Origin: Candidatus Marinacidobacterales bacterium
GTDB taxonomy: Bacteria > Acidobacteriota > Vicinamibacteria > Marinacidobacterales > DATDRI01
Assembly: GCA_965219415.1 (NCBI GenBank)
Contig: CBDCNP010000002.1
Location: 2,048,001-2,112,000, forward strand
Reading direction: 5' to 3'
Length of the DNA stretch: 64,000 nucleotides
The notes under the pieces are model-generated. The model was given only the letters and a program-made list of their open reading frames with translations. It had not been told where the DNA came from and made no database searches. Positions within the stretch are counted from its first letter, which is position 1. Each line of letters starts with the position of its first letter. Positions 32,595 to 42,648 of this stretch are shown one piece after another. The position numbers and the translations under genes are program-made.

Positions 32595-33272
32595 ATGCGC
32601 ACATTAACGCTGTTGGGGTTGCTATCGGTCCTACTCGCGGCCGGGATTGGTTGTTCTGCGCCCGAGGAGCGGATCGTTGATTACTACTTGACCGCGGTCC
32701 GGGATGGCCAAGACAAAATGGTGGCCGCGGTCTCCTTGGTCAGTTTTCCCGAAGAGAACATCCAGACTTGGGAGATCGTCGAGATCGGCCCGGAGTTGAC
32801 CGAGCCTTACCGGCTGAGCGAAATCCGGGATGCACATTTCGACGCCGCCGAGGCCTACAATGCAAAGACGGTGGAAAACGATGCGTTTCTGCAGGCCAAC
32901 GAGCGAAACGCCCTCCGCTATCAGCAGAAGATGAAAGACGAGCCGCACTACAAGTTCGCGAGCGGCGTCATGGCCGAGTTTCAGGAAGTGTGGGACGAAA
33001 AACTCGGAACACAAAAGGAACTCCAGGACCAAGTAGAAGAGGCCCACGCCGCACTGGAGAGGGAAAGAAGCAGCATCCGCATGTCGGCCAGTATCCCACT
33101 CAAGAACTCGTTCAAAGGTGACGTGGCAATCAAGAGGGCCAAGGTCCAAGTCAACAGCGAGTCCGGGACGAAGTCTTATACCCTAGTGCTGCGCAAGTAC
33201 AACATCGTGGATTCCGACACCGGGCTGAGCCCTGTTGCCAAATGGATCATCACCGAAGTCGAAGAAGGCTAG
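32595..33272 (+). CDS. Putative lipoprotein with central coiled coil
   Basis: Lipobox-like signal LLAAGIGC, purine-rich RBS (AAGGGGG), helical core. Confidence 0.7.
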   Translation: MRTLTLLGLLSVLLAAGIGCSAPEERIVDYYLTAVRDGQDKMVAAVSLVSFPEENIQTWEIVEIGPELTEPYRLSEIRDAHFDAAEAYNAKTVENDAFLQANERNALRYQQKMKDEPHYKFASGVMAEFQEVWDEKLGTQKELQDQVEEAHAALERERSSIRMSASIPLKNSFKGDVAIKRAKVQVNSESGTKSYTLVLRKYNIVDSDTGLSPVAKWIITEVEEG

Positions 33273-33323
33273 CGCTTCAAGTGTTCGCTAACCCGGTACA
33301 TCTTTAGACCCGCGGCGGCGGAC

Positions 33324-34760
33324 CTACGGTAGAGGCTGACCCCGGTGCGCCTCCCACCAGGTCCGCCATCGGGCGATGGCCTTTGCCTTACCGATTTCGT
33401 CTCCTTGAGCATCGAAGGCGATGTCCTCACCGGTCGCCTCGCGCAACCCCTGAGCGGCCTGCGCCTGCAAGAACACCGGGTTGTCGGATTCCAGAAGCTC
33501 AATCAGAGCCTCAATTCCGAGTATGTTGCGGCGAGCCAGAAGCGCCTCGGCGCCCCGAAGGCGCACCCAAGGATCGTCGGCGTGATAGGCGATCTCCTCC
33601 AAGAGCTCGTCGACCTCGTCCCCCTCGGGTGCCCGAGCCAATGCCTTGACGGCATTTTCACTAACCCGTAGCTCCCCGGTGGCCATCATGCGGTGGACTT
33701 CCTCCTTCACCGACAAGAGCCGTGATATCGCATCTGCCGGCGGCTCCCCCTCGGAGTCTGCCATCTCGGCGAGCGCTTCGGTGGCAAGCTCGGCGGGATC
33801 CTTCTCGGTCTCGGAGACGGAAGTCTCCGAATCATGGTGGGCGGCCCCCGACGACATCCGGGCGGTAGTAAAAGCTAGCCACAAACCGCCTACCAGCACC
33901 GTCCCCGTCGCCCCTACCTTCATTAGAGCGGCAAGCTTCTGTTCGGCACCCATGAGATAGCGGATCACTCCGGCCAGAACAAGTCCTCCACCGAACGTAC
34001 AAACTACGGCCGGTCCGCTGGGGAGGTCGTAGGCGTAGGAAAGCGAGAGGCCGACCATGCTGACGAACGTTCCCACGATCCAACCGACCATCAGGCGGCC
34101 GACGATGCTGCGGGCGAACAGCATCGCGATCACCGTGGGGATGATCAAGAAAGAAAAAACCAGCAGTATCCCTGCCATGGGCACGCTGTAGGTGATGACC
34201 AAACCGAAGGAAGTGTAGAAGAGAAAATCCCACCAACGCACACTCCATCCCTCGGTCTCGGCTCGCTGCGGCTCGAGCGACAGAGTCAGGAACCGGCGCC
34301 GAAACTGCCAATGGAAGAGGCCGATCAAAACGTAAGCTATCGCGGTCTTGATGATGAGTGGCCACGTCGCCCATAGGAGCGCACCGGTCAGCATCGCCTC
34401 CACGAACTCCGCACCGTGAGGCGATCGGTCGGCGATCAAAATGCCGCTCGCCGACGCGACGGCGAACGAGATACCGATGATCGCTTCTTTCGGGATGCGT
34501 TGTTCCGACAACCGCAAGACCGAGAAGATCGCCGCGGCGATGAACGTGAAGAGCAACGAGTAGAGGTAGCCCGCCGTCCCATTCGGCTCGTAGCCCAGCA
34601 GGAAGGCAAAAGCTGCCCCGAGTGCTGCGATCTGCGCCAGGGCGAGATCGACGAAGATCACACCGCGGGAGACTACATGCAAGCCTAGGTAGACGTGAAT
34701 GCCCATCAACACCAGGCAGGCGACAAAAGGAGGCAGCAGAACTTCGAGTGCCAGCTCCAC
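33324..34760 (-). CDS. Metal ABC transporter permease (ZnuB/MntB family) with C-terminal HEAT-like extension
   Basis: RGVIFVDLALAQIAALG, EAIIG, GILLVFSFLIIP, DLPSGPAVV; soluble helical tail (PWVRLRGAEAL, QAAQGLREATG, RWRTWWE). Confidence 0.88.
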   Translation of the reverse strand: MELALEVLLPPFVACLVLMGIHVYLGLHVVSRGVIFVDLALAQIAALGAAFAFLLGYEPNGTAGYLYSLLFTFIAAAIFSVLRLSEQRIPKEAIIGISFAVASASGILIADRSPHGAEFVEAMLTGALLWATWPLIIKTAIAYVLIGLFHWQFRRRFLTLSLEPQRAETEGWSVRWWDFLFYTSFGLVITYSVPMAGILLVFSFLIIPTVIAMLFARSIVGRLMVGWIVGTFVSMVGLSLSYAYDLPSGPAVVCTFGGGLVLAGVIRYLMGAEQKLAALMKVGATGTVLVGGLWLAFTTARMSSGAAHHDSETSVSETEKDPAELATEALAEMADSEGEPPADAISRLLSVKEEVHRMMATGELRVSENAVKALARAPEGDEVDELLEEIAYHADDPWVRLRGAEALLARRNILGIEALIELLESDNPVFLQAQAAQGLREATGEDIAFDAQGDEIGKAKAIARWRTWWEAHRGQPLP

Positions 34761-34769
34761 AGATCTCTC

Positions 34770-35849
34770 CTAATCACTCTCGCAGTCCGGCAACCCGGAC
34801 TTCATCATGTCGATCCAGGTGTCCACGAGTGAAAAATAATCCGAGGTTTCTTCCGACCCTCCGGTGTACTGAGGAGCGTACAGGAACTTCGCACCAGTAC
34901 GTTCGGCGATCAAGGTCGGAATCCGCTCATCGAAGTAGTCGGCGACCCAAAGCACCTGAATTTTCTCCGTGCGCATGAGCGCGATCAAATCGCCAACGTG
35001 CGCCGCCGAGGGCGGAATCCCGGGTCGCCGCTCGACGTAATTGGCGATCTGGATCCCGAATCGGTCAGTGAAGTATATCCAGTTCAGGTGATATGCGACG
35101 ATCCGTTTGCCGCGTAGGCATTCTGCCTCCCGCATCCAACCGCCCAGCTTCGAACTCAGAGGGCTACCGCCCAACTCGTTGCCCTCGAGAAAAGGCAGGA
35201 GCCGATGCTGCATCTCTAGCTCGGCGAGCTTGTCGCCGCCCACCAGCTCGACCAACTCGGAGCCGAACATCCGCTCGTAGATCCTGCGTTTGAAGTCCTT
35301 GAACCGCTCTTCGTAATAACTAGCGTTGTCCGGGTCGACGTTGCGGAGCCCGGTCTTGATGTTCTTGGCGACGACCACAGCCCGCAGGGGATCGGTATGC
35401 ACGTGGGGGTTACCGAAAATGTGAATGTCCCCACCGGCGCGACTCGGGTTGTCCGGCACCTGAAGCATGGGGACGTCGGTGGCTATCGAGACATACCCCA
35501 CTTCGCCCTCTCGAACTCGAGGGTTGCGGGCTTTGTCGATCACCGCCGGCATCCAGATCTCGAGGTCCAGTCCGGTGGCGACCAAGAGGTCGGCCCGGTT
35601 TACCATCATGGCGTAGCTCGGCTTCGCCTGAACGAAGTGGGCATCCTGGCGAGGCGCGGCGATGGCGGATACCTCCCCGCGCTCGCCCAGGATCTCTTTG
35701 GCGATATCGGCGTACACCGTGAGTGACGCGACGACGCTGAGGTCATCCTTCGGCCGTGCCTTCAATGCCGTGAGGCCGAGTACGGAGGACGCCAAAAGCG
35801 CCGCGAGCGGAAGCATCGAGAATGAAGTCATGACTTTCAGCCCTCTCAT
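34770..35849 (-). CDS. Metal ABC transporter substrate-binding protein (ZnuA/TroA family)
   Basis: QDAHFVQAKP, GLDLEIW, GDIHIFGNPHVHTDP, YH..W.YF, PGIPPSAAH. Confidence 0.92.
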   Translation of the reverse strand: MRGLKVMTSFSMLPLAALLASSVLGLTALKARPKDDLSVVASLTVYADIAKEILGERGEVSAIAAPRQDAHFVQAKPSYAMMVNRADLLVATGLDLEIWMPAVIDKARNPRVREGEVGYVSIATDVPMLQVPDNPSRAGGDIHIFGNPHVHTDPLRAVVVAKNIKTGLRNVDPDNASYYEERFKDFKRRIYERMFGSELVELVGGDKLAELEMQHRLLPFLEGNELGGSPLSSKLGGWMREAECLRGKRIVAYHLNWIYFTDRFGIQIANYVERRPGIPPSAAHVGDLIALMRTEKIQVLWVADYFDERIPTLIAERTGAKFLYAPQYTGGSEETSDYFSLVDTWIDMMKSGLPDCESD

Positions 35850-35850
35850 C

Positions 35851-37224
35851 TTAATACCTTTCATGCTTATGGGGCCCGAGAGCCCATGTGACCTGGAAGA
35901 AAACCTGGTTCTCGGCCTCGGGCTCCTCGAACATGCGTGAGCTGTGTGAGTATTGGACCCGAAGCCGCACCCACTCGCTCTGCCACCAATCCACGTAGGG
36001 AGAAACGCCCCAGAGGCTAGAACCCGGCTCCTCGGGTAACTCGGTCCAGTCACCGCGCAACCCCACGAACAATCGACGATTCAGCTTGTAGGTCGCGAAG
36101 GCGTAAGTACCGAAACTATCCTGCCTCCGCTCCGCCTCCTCACGCCTCTGCCAGAGAAACTCTCCGCGCAGCTCGAGACCCTTATACAGAGCCTCGGCCG
36201 GTGGGTTCCACGCCACGTTCCAGTCGGTCCCCACGACCCACGTCCGGAAGTCGCCAAGCTCGTCGTTGACCCCGGTCGATGCGGAGATCCCAACTTCCAG
36301 ATAAGTCGCCTCCGAGAGGTCCCAATAATTTGTCTCGTGAAGTGTGACGACCGGCTCATCGAAACCCCGACCTGAAAAACTGACGTCGTTCTCATCGTTG
36401 GTCACCTGCAACCAAAGCTCGTTGTAGTCCCCCAGAACGGCTCCGGGCAACCAGGAAAGCCCGACTCCTGTGCCACGGAGTCCTTCTTCTCCGAAGAACG
36501 ACTGGTGCACCAGCGGTCGAGCCGATTGAGGCAAGGCGTGTTGGTGCCAGCGGTTCAACTTGCCGAAATCGTTGCGGAAGGCGCCGAATTTCAACCCGAG
36601 GCCTGCCGGTAAGGCCGTCCAATCTATGAACGCCTCTTCGAGGGCGAACTCACCTTCCTCGAAAACGACGAACGCCTTCGCCAAGGAGAAAGGATCGAGA
36701 GGAGCCTGGAACGCCATCTCGAACTCGGCGATCCGAAACTGATTGCGTTCGGGGTTGCCGCTGTCATCCGAGAGCTCGAGGAACGTGTCACCGGTGACAG
36801 AGATCTCTGGATTGAGCTTGTTGAGATTACGGGACTGCCCGGTGAACCTGCGTTCCGGGGTCGGCGCAAGCTCTTCTTGTCCGACGGCCGTCACGCTCCC
36901 GGCGCCTCGTCCCTCGTTCCCCCCGAGGATTTCCGCTAGCTCCGCCTCCAAAGACGCCCTCTCTTCGGCGTCGAGGGCCGATTCGCTTACCTGCGCCGCC
37001 GGTTCCACCTCGCCGATCGCCACGAGTTTCTCTTCCAACGCAGCGATGCGAGTTTCGTATGTACTCTGTAGGGAATCGAGCGCAGATTCGAGCGCAGCGA
37101 TGCGCTGCTGCAGATCGGTAATCTCCTTGCGCTCTTCCTGAGCTGCCGCCGCCCCGGCCGGCGCAGCGGCCAAACAAAGAGCTAGGACCAAATTTCTCGT
37201 GACACCTATCAATTCTGTCTTCAT
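35851..37224 (-). CDS. Outer-membrane beta-barrel (porin-like) protein of a metal uptake operon
   Basis: Signal peptide, coiled coil, NPEISV, EFEMAFQAPLDPF, LEEAF, FGKLNRWHQH, His-containing C-terminus LGPHKHERY. Confidence 0.8.
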   Translation of the reverse strand: MKTELIGVTRNLVLALCLAAAPAGAAAAQEERKEITDLQQRIAALESALDSLQSTYETRIAALEEKLVAIGEVEPAAQVSESALDAEERASLEAELAEILGGNEGRGAGSVTAVGQEELAPTPERRFTGQSRNLNKLNPEISVTGDTFLELSDDSGNPERNQFRIAEFEMAFQAPLDPFSLAKAFVVFEEGEFALEEAFIDWTALPAGLGLKFGAFRNDFGKLNRWHQHALPQSARPLVHQSFFGEEGLRGTGVGLSWLPGAVLGDYNELWLQVTNDENDVSFSGRGFDEPVVTLHETNYWDLSEATYLEVGISASTGVNDELGDFRTWVVGTDWNVAWNPPAEALYKGLELRGEFLWQRREEAERRQDSFGTYAFATYKLNRRLFVGLRGDWTELPEEPGSSLWGVSPYVDWWQSEWVRLRVQYSHSSRMFEEPEAENQVFFQVTWALGPHKHERY

Positions 37225-37354
37225 CGGGTCTTCCTTTTCCGTTCCCCATACCCAAGCAAAACTTCACGACCATGGCAAACTGCCGCGCAACCAGACGTTC
37301 GGACTTGGTTGCAGACGCAATCTTGCTCGCATTCAGCGAGCGAGAAGAAGTGGA

Positions 37355-37723
37355 TTATGCGGTAAAGGGGGGAGAGCGAGAGAGGCGGCAAAAACCGGAG
37401 AAATGAGGCGTGCCACCGCGGGAAGGAGCAGCGGTGCCAGCCGGTGTGAACAGAGGTACGGTGAGGCCCGAGCCTACATGCAGCGCCCCCTTGAACGTCT
37501 TGCAGACCACGCAAACGTGGGCAGGGTCCACCGTGCGAGAGTGATCGGATACCAGATCATAGCCATTTCCCGGCTGGCAATTCTCGCCGTCACTCGACGC
37601 TTGGACCGAAAACGGACCTACGTTCTCCTCGAGCAAGTGAGAGGGGGAGAGCCAAACGGATGCGGCGACGAGGCCGATCAAAAGCAGGGCGAAAACCGCC
37701 CGGAAGGAACGCTGGCTGCGCAC
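37355..37723 (-). CDS. DUF2946-like leader protein (signal peptide, HxCxxC, C-terminal RSPP)
   Basis: 122 aa; hydrophobic N-terminus, HVCVVC, ends LSRSPPFTA; first gene of the metal operon. Confidence 0.7.
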   Translation of the reverse strand: MRSQRSFRAVFALLLIGLVAASVWLSPSHLLEENVGPFSVQASSDGENCQPGNGYDLVSDHSRTVDPAHVCVVCKTFKGALHVGSGLTVPLFTPAGTAAPSRGGTPHFSGFCRLSRSPPFTA

Positions 37724-37814
37724 GGTCTTAACCTAAGCTCAAAACATCATGCGCTCGCGAACGGATCAAACTAGAGAGCCAAACTAGCAGCCAAACTGAT
37801 CGAAGACGCTAGAG

Positions 37815-38831
37815 TCAGACGATCTCGGGAGTTTCCGCGCTCACACCCCGAGAGCCGGGCTGACCTACACGGTAAGGCTCGTCGGTCTGAGGCGAGCGCC
37901 AGTTGTCGAACAATCCGATGATCTGCACGCAGGCCAGGGTGCAATACGGGGCACAGCTCTTCGGTGTGGAGAACTCGCGACGAATGTCTTGCTTCGTGTA
38001 TTGCTCGAGCGGCGCATCGGGGTAGCCTCTTTGCTGGGAGCAATAATGCACCCGCCCCTCCTCGCAGATATAGAGATAACGCGCTCCGGCTCTACATCGC
38101 CACTCGTTGGGCTTACCGTGCGCCAAATTCTCTCGGAATTGAGTGAAGCGCGCGTAGCTTCGCTTCCCGTGCTCCCGTAGGCGATCGTAGACGCTCATCT
38201 CGCTTTCGTTCAATCGCTTGAGACGACCGCGCTCGTTGTGGATGATCCCGAGCGTGGTGCTGAAGCCGAGCTCGACGGCGCGCTTGGACACGGTGACGGC
38301 GTCTTCCGGATTTTTTATGCCGCCACCAATGACCGAATTGAGGTTCACGTAGAACTCTGCATGGCGACGCAGGTTTTCCAGCTTGGAATCCAAAACATGC
38401 AGACTCTTCTTGGAGACTTCGTCCGGGTTGACGTTGTCGATAGAAATCTGAAGATGCTGCAATCCAGCCTCGTTCAGCCGCTGGATCCGCTCGGGTGTCA
38501 AGAAATAGCCGTTGGTAATGAGACCGGCGATCATCCCTCGGCGTCGAATATGACTAATGATTTCGTCGAGCTCAGGATGAAGAGTTGGCTCTCCCCCGCT
38601 TATAGTAATGATCGAAGTACCCAGCGACGCGAGATGATCCAAGCGTCGTTTCATCTCCTCCAGGGGCACCGGCTCGGAGAAATCGTCGAACTCGTTGCAA
38701 TACGTGCAGGCGAGATTGCAACGCCGCATCGGGATAATGTGGACGAGGATCGGGTGGCGCGTGGAGAGTAGCCCACGGGCGATCATCCAAAATTCAGTCA
38801 GCCGGATTCTTACCTTGTTTCTCGTCTTCAT
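37815..38831 (-). CDS. Radical SAM protein with C-terminal Cys-rich (SPASM/twitch-like) region
   Basis: [21 protein letters not shown]; CRAG...YCS...CAPYCTLAC. Confidence 0.9.
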   Translation of the reverse strand: MKTRNKVRIRLTEFWMIARGLLSTRHPILVHIIPMRRCNLACTYCNEFDDFSEPVPLEEMKRRLDHLASLGTSIITISGGEPTLHPELDEIISHIRRRGMIAGLITNGYFLTPERIQRLNEAGLQHLQISIDNVNPDEVSKKSLHVLDSKLENLRRHAEFYVNLNSVIGGGIKNPEDAVTVSKRAVELGFSTTLGIIHNERGRLKRLNESEMSVYDRLREHGKRSYARFTQFRENLAHGKPNEWRCRAGARYLYICEEGRVHYCSQQRGYPDAPLEQYTKQDIRREFSTPKSCAPYCTLACVQIIGLFDNWRSPQTDEPYRVGQPGSRGVSAETPEIV

Positions 38832-38986
38832 GAGCCAGAACTACAGGGGCTAGGCCCCACCAATTTCGCTAAATATTACCGTTTCCCGCAAGAGGGTCAA
38901 GCGTCCACCGATGAATGGGCCCACGCCCAGCCAAACAGGCTGGACAAAACCGCATAGGCCGTTTCGTCCTCTTTTCTGGGGTGGTT

Positions 38987-39637
38987 CTATTCGCTGCTGA
39001 TTATGTCGACGCCCGGCGGCAGCTCGAGCTCGAAGGCCTTGGGGGGGAGAGGCTCGTTTACACGAACGTCCTGAAATTCCAAAATCGTCGTATCCTTGTT
39101 CAACTCATGAAACACCGTGCGGTCCGGAGTCCAGTTCTCCTTGTTGAGTGTCATGTCGATGGCGGCAAAGAGCGATGCGGCGGAGTCCGGCTTCGGAACC
39201 AGCTTCAAAACCACGTGCTGGTCATCCTCTCCGGCGAGACTCACATCATAGTGCTTACCAATCTCGGCATTCGATTTCCCGAACCCGATGAGCAGATCGG
39301 TGCCAGCCCCTCGCTTTTGCCCCTGCTTGAACTCCTGAACCTGATGGGCAACGGGGTTATAGAGCAGAACCTTGTCATCTTTGACGAGGAGCACTTTGCT
39401 GTCTGGAGGAGCGTACTCCCACCGAATGTTCCCAGGAACCTTCATGTACAGTTTGCCCGAGCTCTTCTCTTCTTCTTCCAAGATGTGGTCGCGGTTGGTC
39501 TGCTCGAAGTCGGCTGCGAGAGTCTCGAGACTGTCACCTGCTTTGCTCATGGCAGCCAGGATCTCCTCCAGACGGTCGAGGCCGAAGGAAGAGCTGGCGG
39601 TGAAGAAGACGATAACGAATGTGGCGAGAAGCTTCAT
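38987..39637 (-). CDS. lolA: Outer membrane lipoprotein carrier protein LolA family
   Basis: Signal peptide, ADFEQ, SSGKLYMKVPGNIRWEY, FELELPPGVDII. Confidence 0.8.
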   Translation of the reverse strand: MKLLATFVIVFFTASSSFGLDRLEEILAAMSKAGDSLETLAADFEQTNRDHILEEEEKSSGKLYMKVPGNIRWEYAPPDSKVLLVKDDKVLLYNPVAHQVQEFKQGQKRGAGTDLLIGFGKSNAEIGKHYDVSLAGEDDQHVVLKLVPKPDSAASLFAAIDMTLNKENWTPDRTVFHELNKDTTILEFQDVRVNEPLPPKAFELELPPGVDIISSE

Positions 39638-39657
39638 GGCTTTATCGCCTTTAACCT

Positions 39658-40380
39658 CTAACCCACCTCGCCGGTATTCACGAAATGCGGGGCGTTGGCG
39701 TGGTCGACGACTCGTCCGTCCAGCATCTCGATTACGCGATGCCCGACTTCCGCCGCCTCTGGGTTATGCGTGATCATCACGATGGTCTGCTTTTTCTTGC
39801 GATTGAGGTCGACTAGCAGCTCCAATACCTGACGGGAGTTTTCGGAATCGAGGTTTCCGGTGGGCTCGTCGGCCAGGACAATCGCGGGTTGGTTCACCAA
39901 CGCGCGGGCCAGAGCGACTCGCTGCTGCTCGCCGACCGAAAGTTCGAGCGGTTTGTGATGCAGCTTGTGGGCCAAACCTACAACGTCCATCAACTCTGCG
40001 ATCTCGCCTCCACTCGGGTGTCCATTGCCGAAGATCTGCCGCGCGATCTCGATGTTTCCCTGCACGGTCAGCGTCGGCAGGAGATTGAAACGCTGAAACA
40101 CGAAGCCGATCTTTTTGCGGCGGAGACGAGTACGCTCGGCGTCGTTGGTGAGACTGAGATCTGCGCCGTCAACGATGACTTTGCCGGAGCTAGGACGTGC
40201 CAAGCCACCCATGAGATGAAGGAGCGTGGACTTGCCGCACCCAGAGGGACCCATGATGGAGACGAACTCACCGGCCTGGATCTCGACATTGACTCCTCGG
40301 AGAGCCGGGACCTCCACCTTCCCGACCTTATAAATCTTCCGAAGGTCGACGACTTTGAGAATGCTTCCGGTCGATTCCAT
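39658..40380 (-). CDS. ABC transporter ATP-binding protein (LolD/MacB type)
   Basis: [44 protein letters not shown]. Confidence 0.93.
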   Translation of the reverse strand: MESTGSILKVVDLRKIYKVGKVEVPALRGVNVEIQAGEFVSIMGPSGCGKSTLLHLMGGLARPSSGKVIVDGADLSLTNDAERTRLRRKKIGFVFQRFNLLPTLTVQGNIEIARQIFGNGHPSGGEIAELMDVVGLAHKLHHKPLELSVGEQQRVALARALVNQPAIVLADEPTGNLDSENSRQVLELLVDLNRKKKQTIVMITHNPEAAEVGHRVIEMLDGRVVDHANAPHFVNTGEVG

Positions 40381-40393
40381 TACGCGGTTCTAG

Positions 40394-41500
40394 CTACTCG
40401 TAGTTCAGGGCTTCTACCGGATCCAGCTTAGCGGCACGATAGGCAGGGTACAAGGCCCCCAACAACCCGCCACAGATGCCCAGAAGTGCAGCGATGACGA
40501 ACTGACTCGGGACGAGAGAAACGGTGAGGGTCGGAAACAAGGTCAGTATGGTGAAACGACCCAACAGAGAAAAGCCATAACCAACGACCACACCGATAAG
40601 GCATATGAGGAACGACTCGGTGATGACCAGCCGGATGATGTACATCTTGCCGGCTCCCAGCGCCTTCAGCACACCGATCTCTCTCGTTCGCTCGATGATC
40701 GATGTGTACATGGCCAACAGAATCACCAAGAAGCTGATGAGGACGGCGAGGAATGAAAGCACTCGGACGAATTGCTTCAGACCCAGCGCGTTTTCCCTGA
40801 GCTCTTCCACGAACCCTTCCATGGCCGTCACTTTGTAACCCTCGAATTTCTTTTCGAGCGCGGCGGCCACTTCACCCACGTCGCTCCCCTCGTTGACCCT
40901 GATCATGAAGAGCGACACCTTGCCCGGCTGGCCGCTCCCTTCCTGGAGCGTGGCGAGGTCCATATAGATGCGAACCCCGGCGCCGGCCTTGCAGATACCG
41001 GCAATTTCGAAGTCCTGGCCCATCATGGGAATGCGATCTCCCAGGTCCAGCTGGTCGGCACTCGAAAGCACGGTATCAATGATAAGGTCGTCGGGTTTTT
41101 GGAACGCCGTGCCGTCCACGATCTGCACCCCATTGCCGATTTGATTATAGGTATCCAGGTCGACTCCAAAGATCGAGACCAACTTCTTGGTCCCTTTGAT
41201 GCTCATTATCCGCCAGAGCAGGACGGGAGCAACGGCCCTCACTCCATTCACTTCCCCCAGTTTCTCTCCCAAGCGTTCCGACATCACACCCGTATTGAGA
41301 ACCAGAAACGGAGATGAGTCCGGGCCCATGAACATGATGTCCGCTCCCACATTTGTGATCCGATCGGCGTACTCGTTGAGCGATCCATCCGCCAAGCCCA
41401 CGATGACCAGGACCATCGAGACCCCCAACGCCACCGACAAAATGCCGATACCGGTCCGGGTCTTGCGGTAAAAGATGTTGGAGAGGGGGAGATTGGCCAT
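40394..41500 (-). CDS. ABC transporter permease (MacB/FtsX type)
   Basis: Four-TM topology, ERTREIGVLKALGA, YPAYRAAKLDPVEAL. Confidence 0.92.
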   Translation of the reverse strand: MANLPLSNIFYRKTRTGIGILSVALGVSMVLVIVGLADGSLNEYADRITNVGADIMFMGPDSSPFLVLNTGVMSERLGEKLGEVNGVRAVAPVLLWRIMSIKGTKKLVSIFGVDLDTYNQIGNGVQIVDGTAFQKPDDLIIDTVLSSADQLDLGDRIPMMGQDFEIAGICKAGAGVRIYMDLATLQEGSGQPGKVSLFMIRVNEGSDVGEVAAALEKKFEGYKVTAMEGFVEELRENALGLKQFVRVLSFLAVLISFLVILLAMYTSIIERTREIGVLKALGAGKMYIIRLVITESFLICLIGVVVGYGFSLLGRFTILTLFPTLTVSLVPSQFVIAALLGICGGLLGALYPAYRAAKLDPVEALNYE

Positions 41501-41679
41501 ATGATTAACGGGATTCCTAGTGGGGGTTGATATGAATCCGATCCAAGAATATCGTCAGTTGCAAACTCACTATGCTAACAAAGACGAAAGGCAGGATCAA
41601 CCGAAGTCGGTGCCGCTAGCCACGCGGACGCCAAAAGGGACACGAGCCGAGGCTGGCGGACCATCCAAAGGAGTCGTAG

Positions 41680-42648
41680 ATGCAAGCGATCAGAATTCAT
41701 CAGGTGGGAGCTCCGGAAACGATGCAGTTAGAGGAGGTCCCGCAGCCGGAACCTGCTCGCGGGGAGACCCGGATTCGCCTGGAGGCAATTGGGGTCAACT
41801 ATATCGATACCTACCATCGCACTGGCCTCTATCCCTTGGGACTACCTTTCACTCCCGGCATCGAAGGAGCGGGAGTCGTCGAAAAGGTTGGGCCGGCGGT
41901 GGAAGACGTGCAGGTCGGCGATCGGGTGGCTTTCGCTAATTCGCTGGGAGCCTATAGTGAGGAAAAGGTCGTGGCGGCCAAAGGGTTGGCGAAGCTACCC
42001 GAGGGAATGGACAGTCGCACCGCCGCGGCGGCCATGGTTCAGGGCATCACCGCACACTACCTTACCCGCTCTACGTTCCCGCTCGGGCCGGGCCACAAGG
42101 TGTTGATCCACGCCGCCGCCGGGGGAGTCGGTTTGCTTCTCGTGCAGCTCGCGAAACGATTCGGTGCCACCGTTTTCGGGACCGTCTCCAGCCCGGAAAA
42201 GGCTGAAGCGTCGAAAGCCGCCGGCGCCGACCATGCGATCCTTTACACTCAGACGAACTTCGCCGACGAGGTCGAAAGGCTGACGAATGGTGAGGGAGTC
42301 GACGTGGTCTACGATTCCGTCGGCAAGGAAACTTACGAAAGGAGCTTGGCTTGCCTGATGCCTCGCGGCATGTTGGTTCTTTATGGAAACGCGAGCGGCC
42401 CGGTTCCGCCCATTGACCCGCTGGCACTCGCGAAAGGCGGCTCGATCTTTCTAACCCGGCCGACGGTCGCCCACTACATTCGTGACCGAGAAGAGTTTCT
42501 CGGGCGGGTAGACGAGATCTTTTCCTGGATCCAATCGGGCGAGCTCCGACTGACGGTCGACCGCACTCTACCTTTGTCCGAAGCAGCTGAAGCGCATCGG
42601 CTCTTGGAAAGCCGAAAGACAAAGGGCAAGCTTCTACTCGTGCCCTAG
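41680..42648 (+). CDS. qor: NADPH:quinone oxidoreductase (zeta-crystallin family)
   Basis: GVNYIDTYHRTGLYP, HAAAGGVG, VDVVYDSVG; AAGGAG RBS. Confidence 0.92.
   Translation: MQAIRIHQVGAPETMQLEEVPQPEPARGETRIRLEAIGVNYIDTYHRTGLYPLGLPFTPGIEGAGVVEKVGPAVEDVQVGDRVAFANSLGAYSEEKVVAAKGLAKLPEGMDSRTAAAAMVQGITAHYLTRSTFPLGPGHKVLIHAAAGGVGLLLVQLAKRFGATVFGTVSSPEKAEASKAAGADHAILYTQTNFADEVERLTNGEGVDVVYDSVGKETYERSLACLMPRGMLVLYGNASGPVPPIDPLALAKGGSIFLTRPTVAHYIRDREEFLGRVDEIFSWIQSGELRLTVDRTLPLSEAAEAHRLLESRKTKGKLLLVP

Noticed and set aside
39658-40380. ABC ATPase as the missing partner of the metal permease
   Set aside because: Its motifs ([15 protein letters not shown]) and adjacency to a MacB/FtsX permease and lolA mark it as LolD/MacB type
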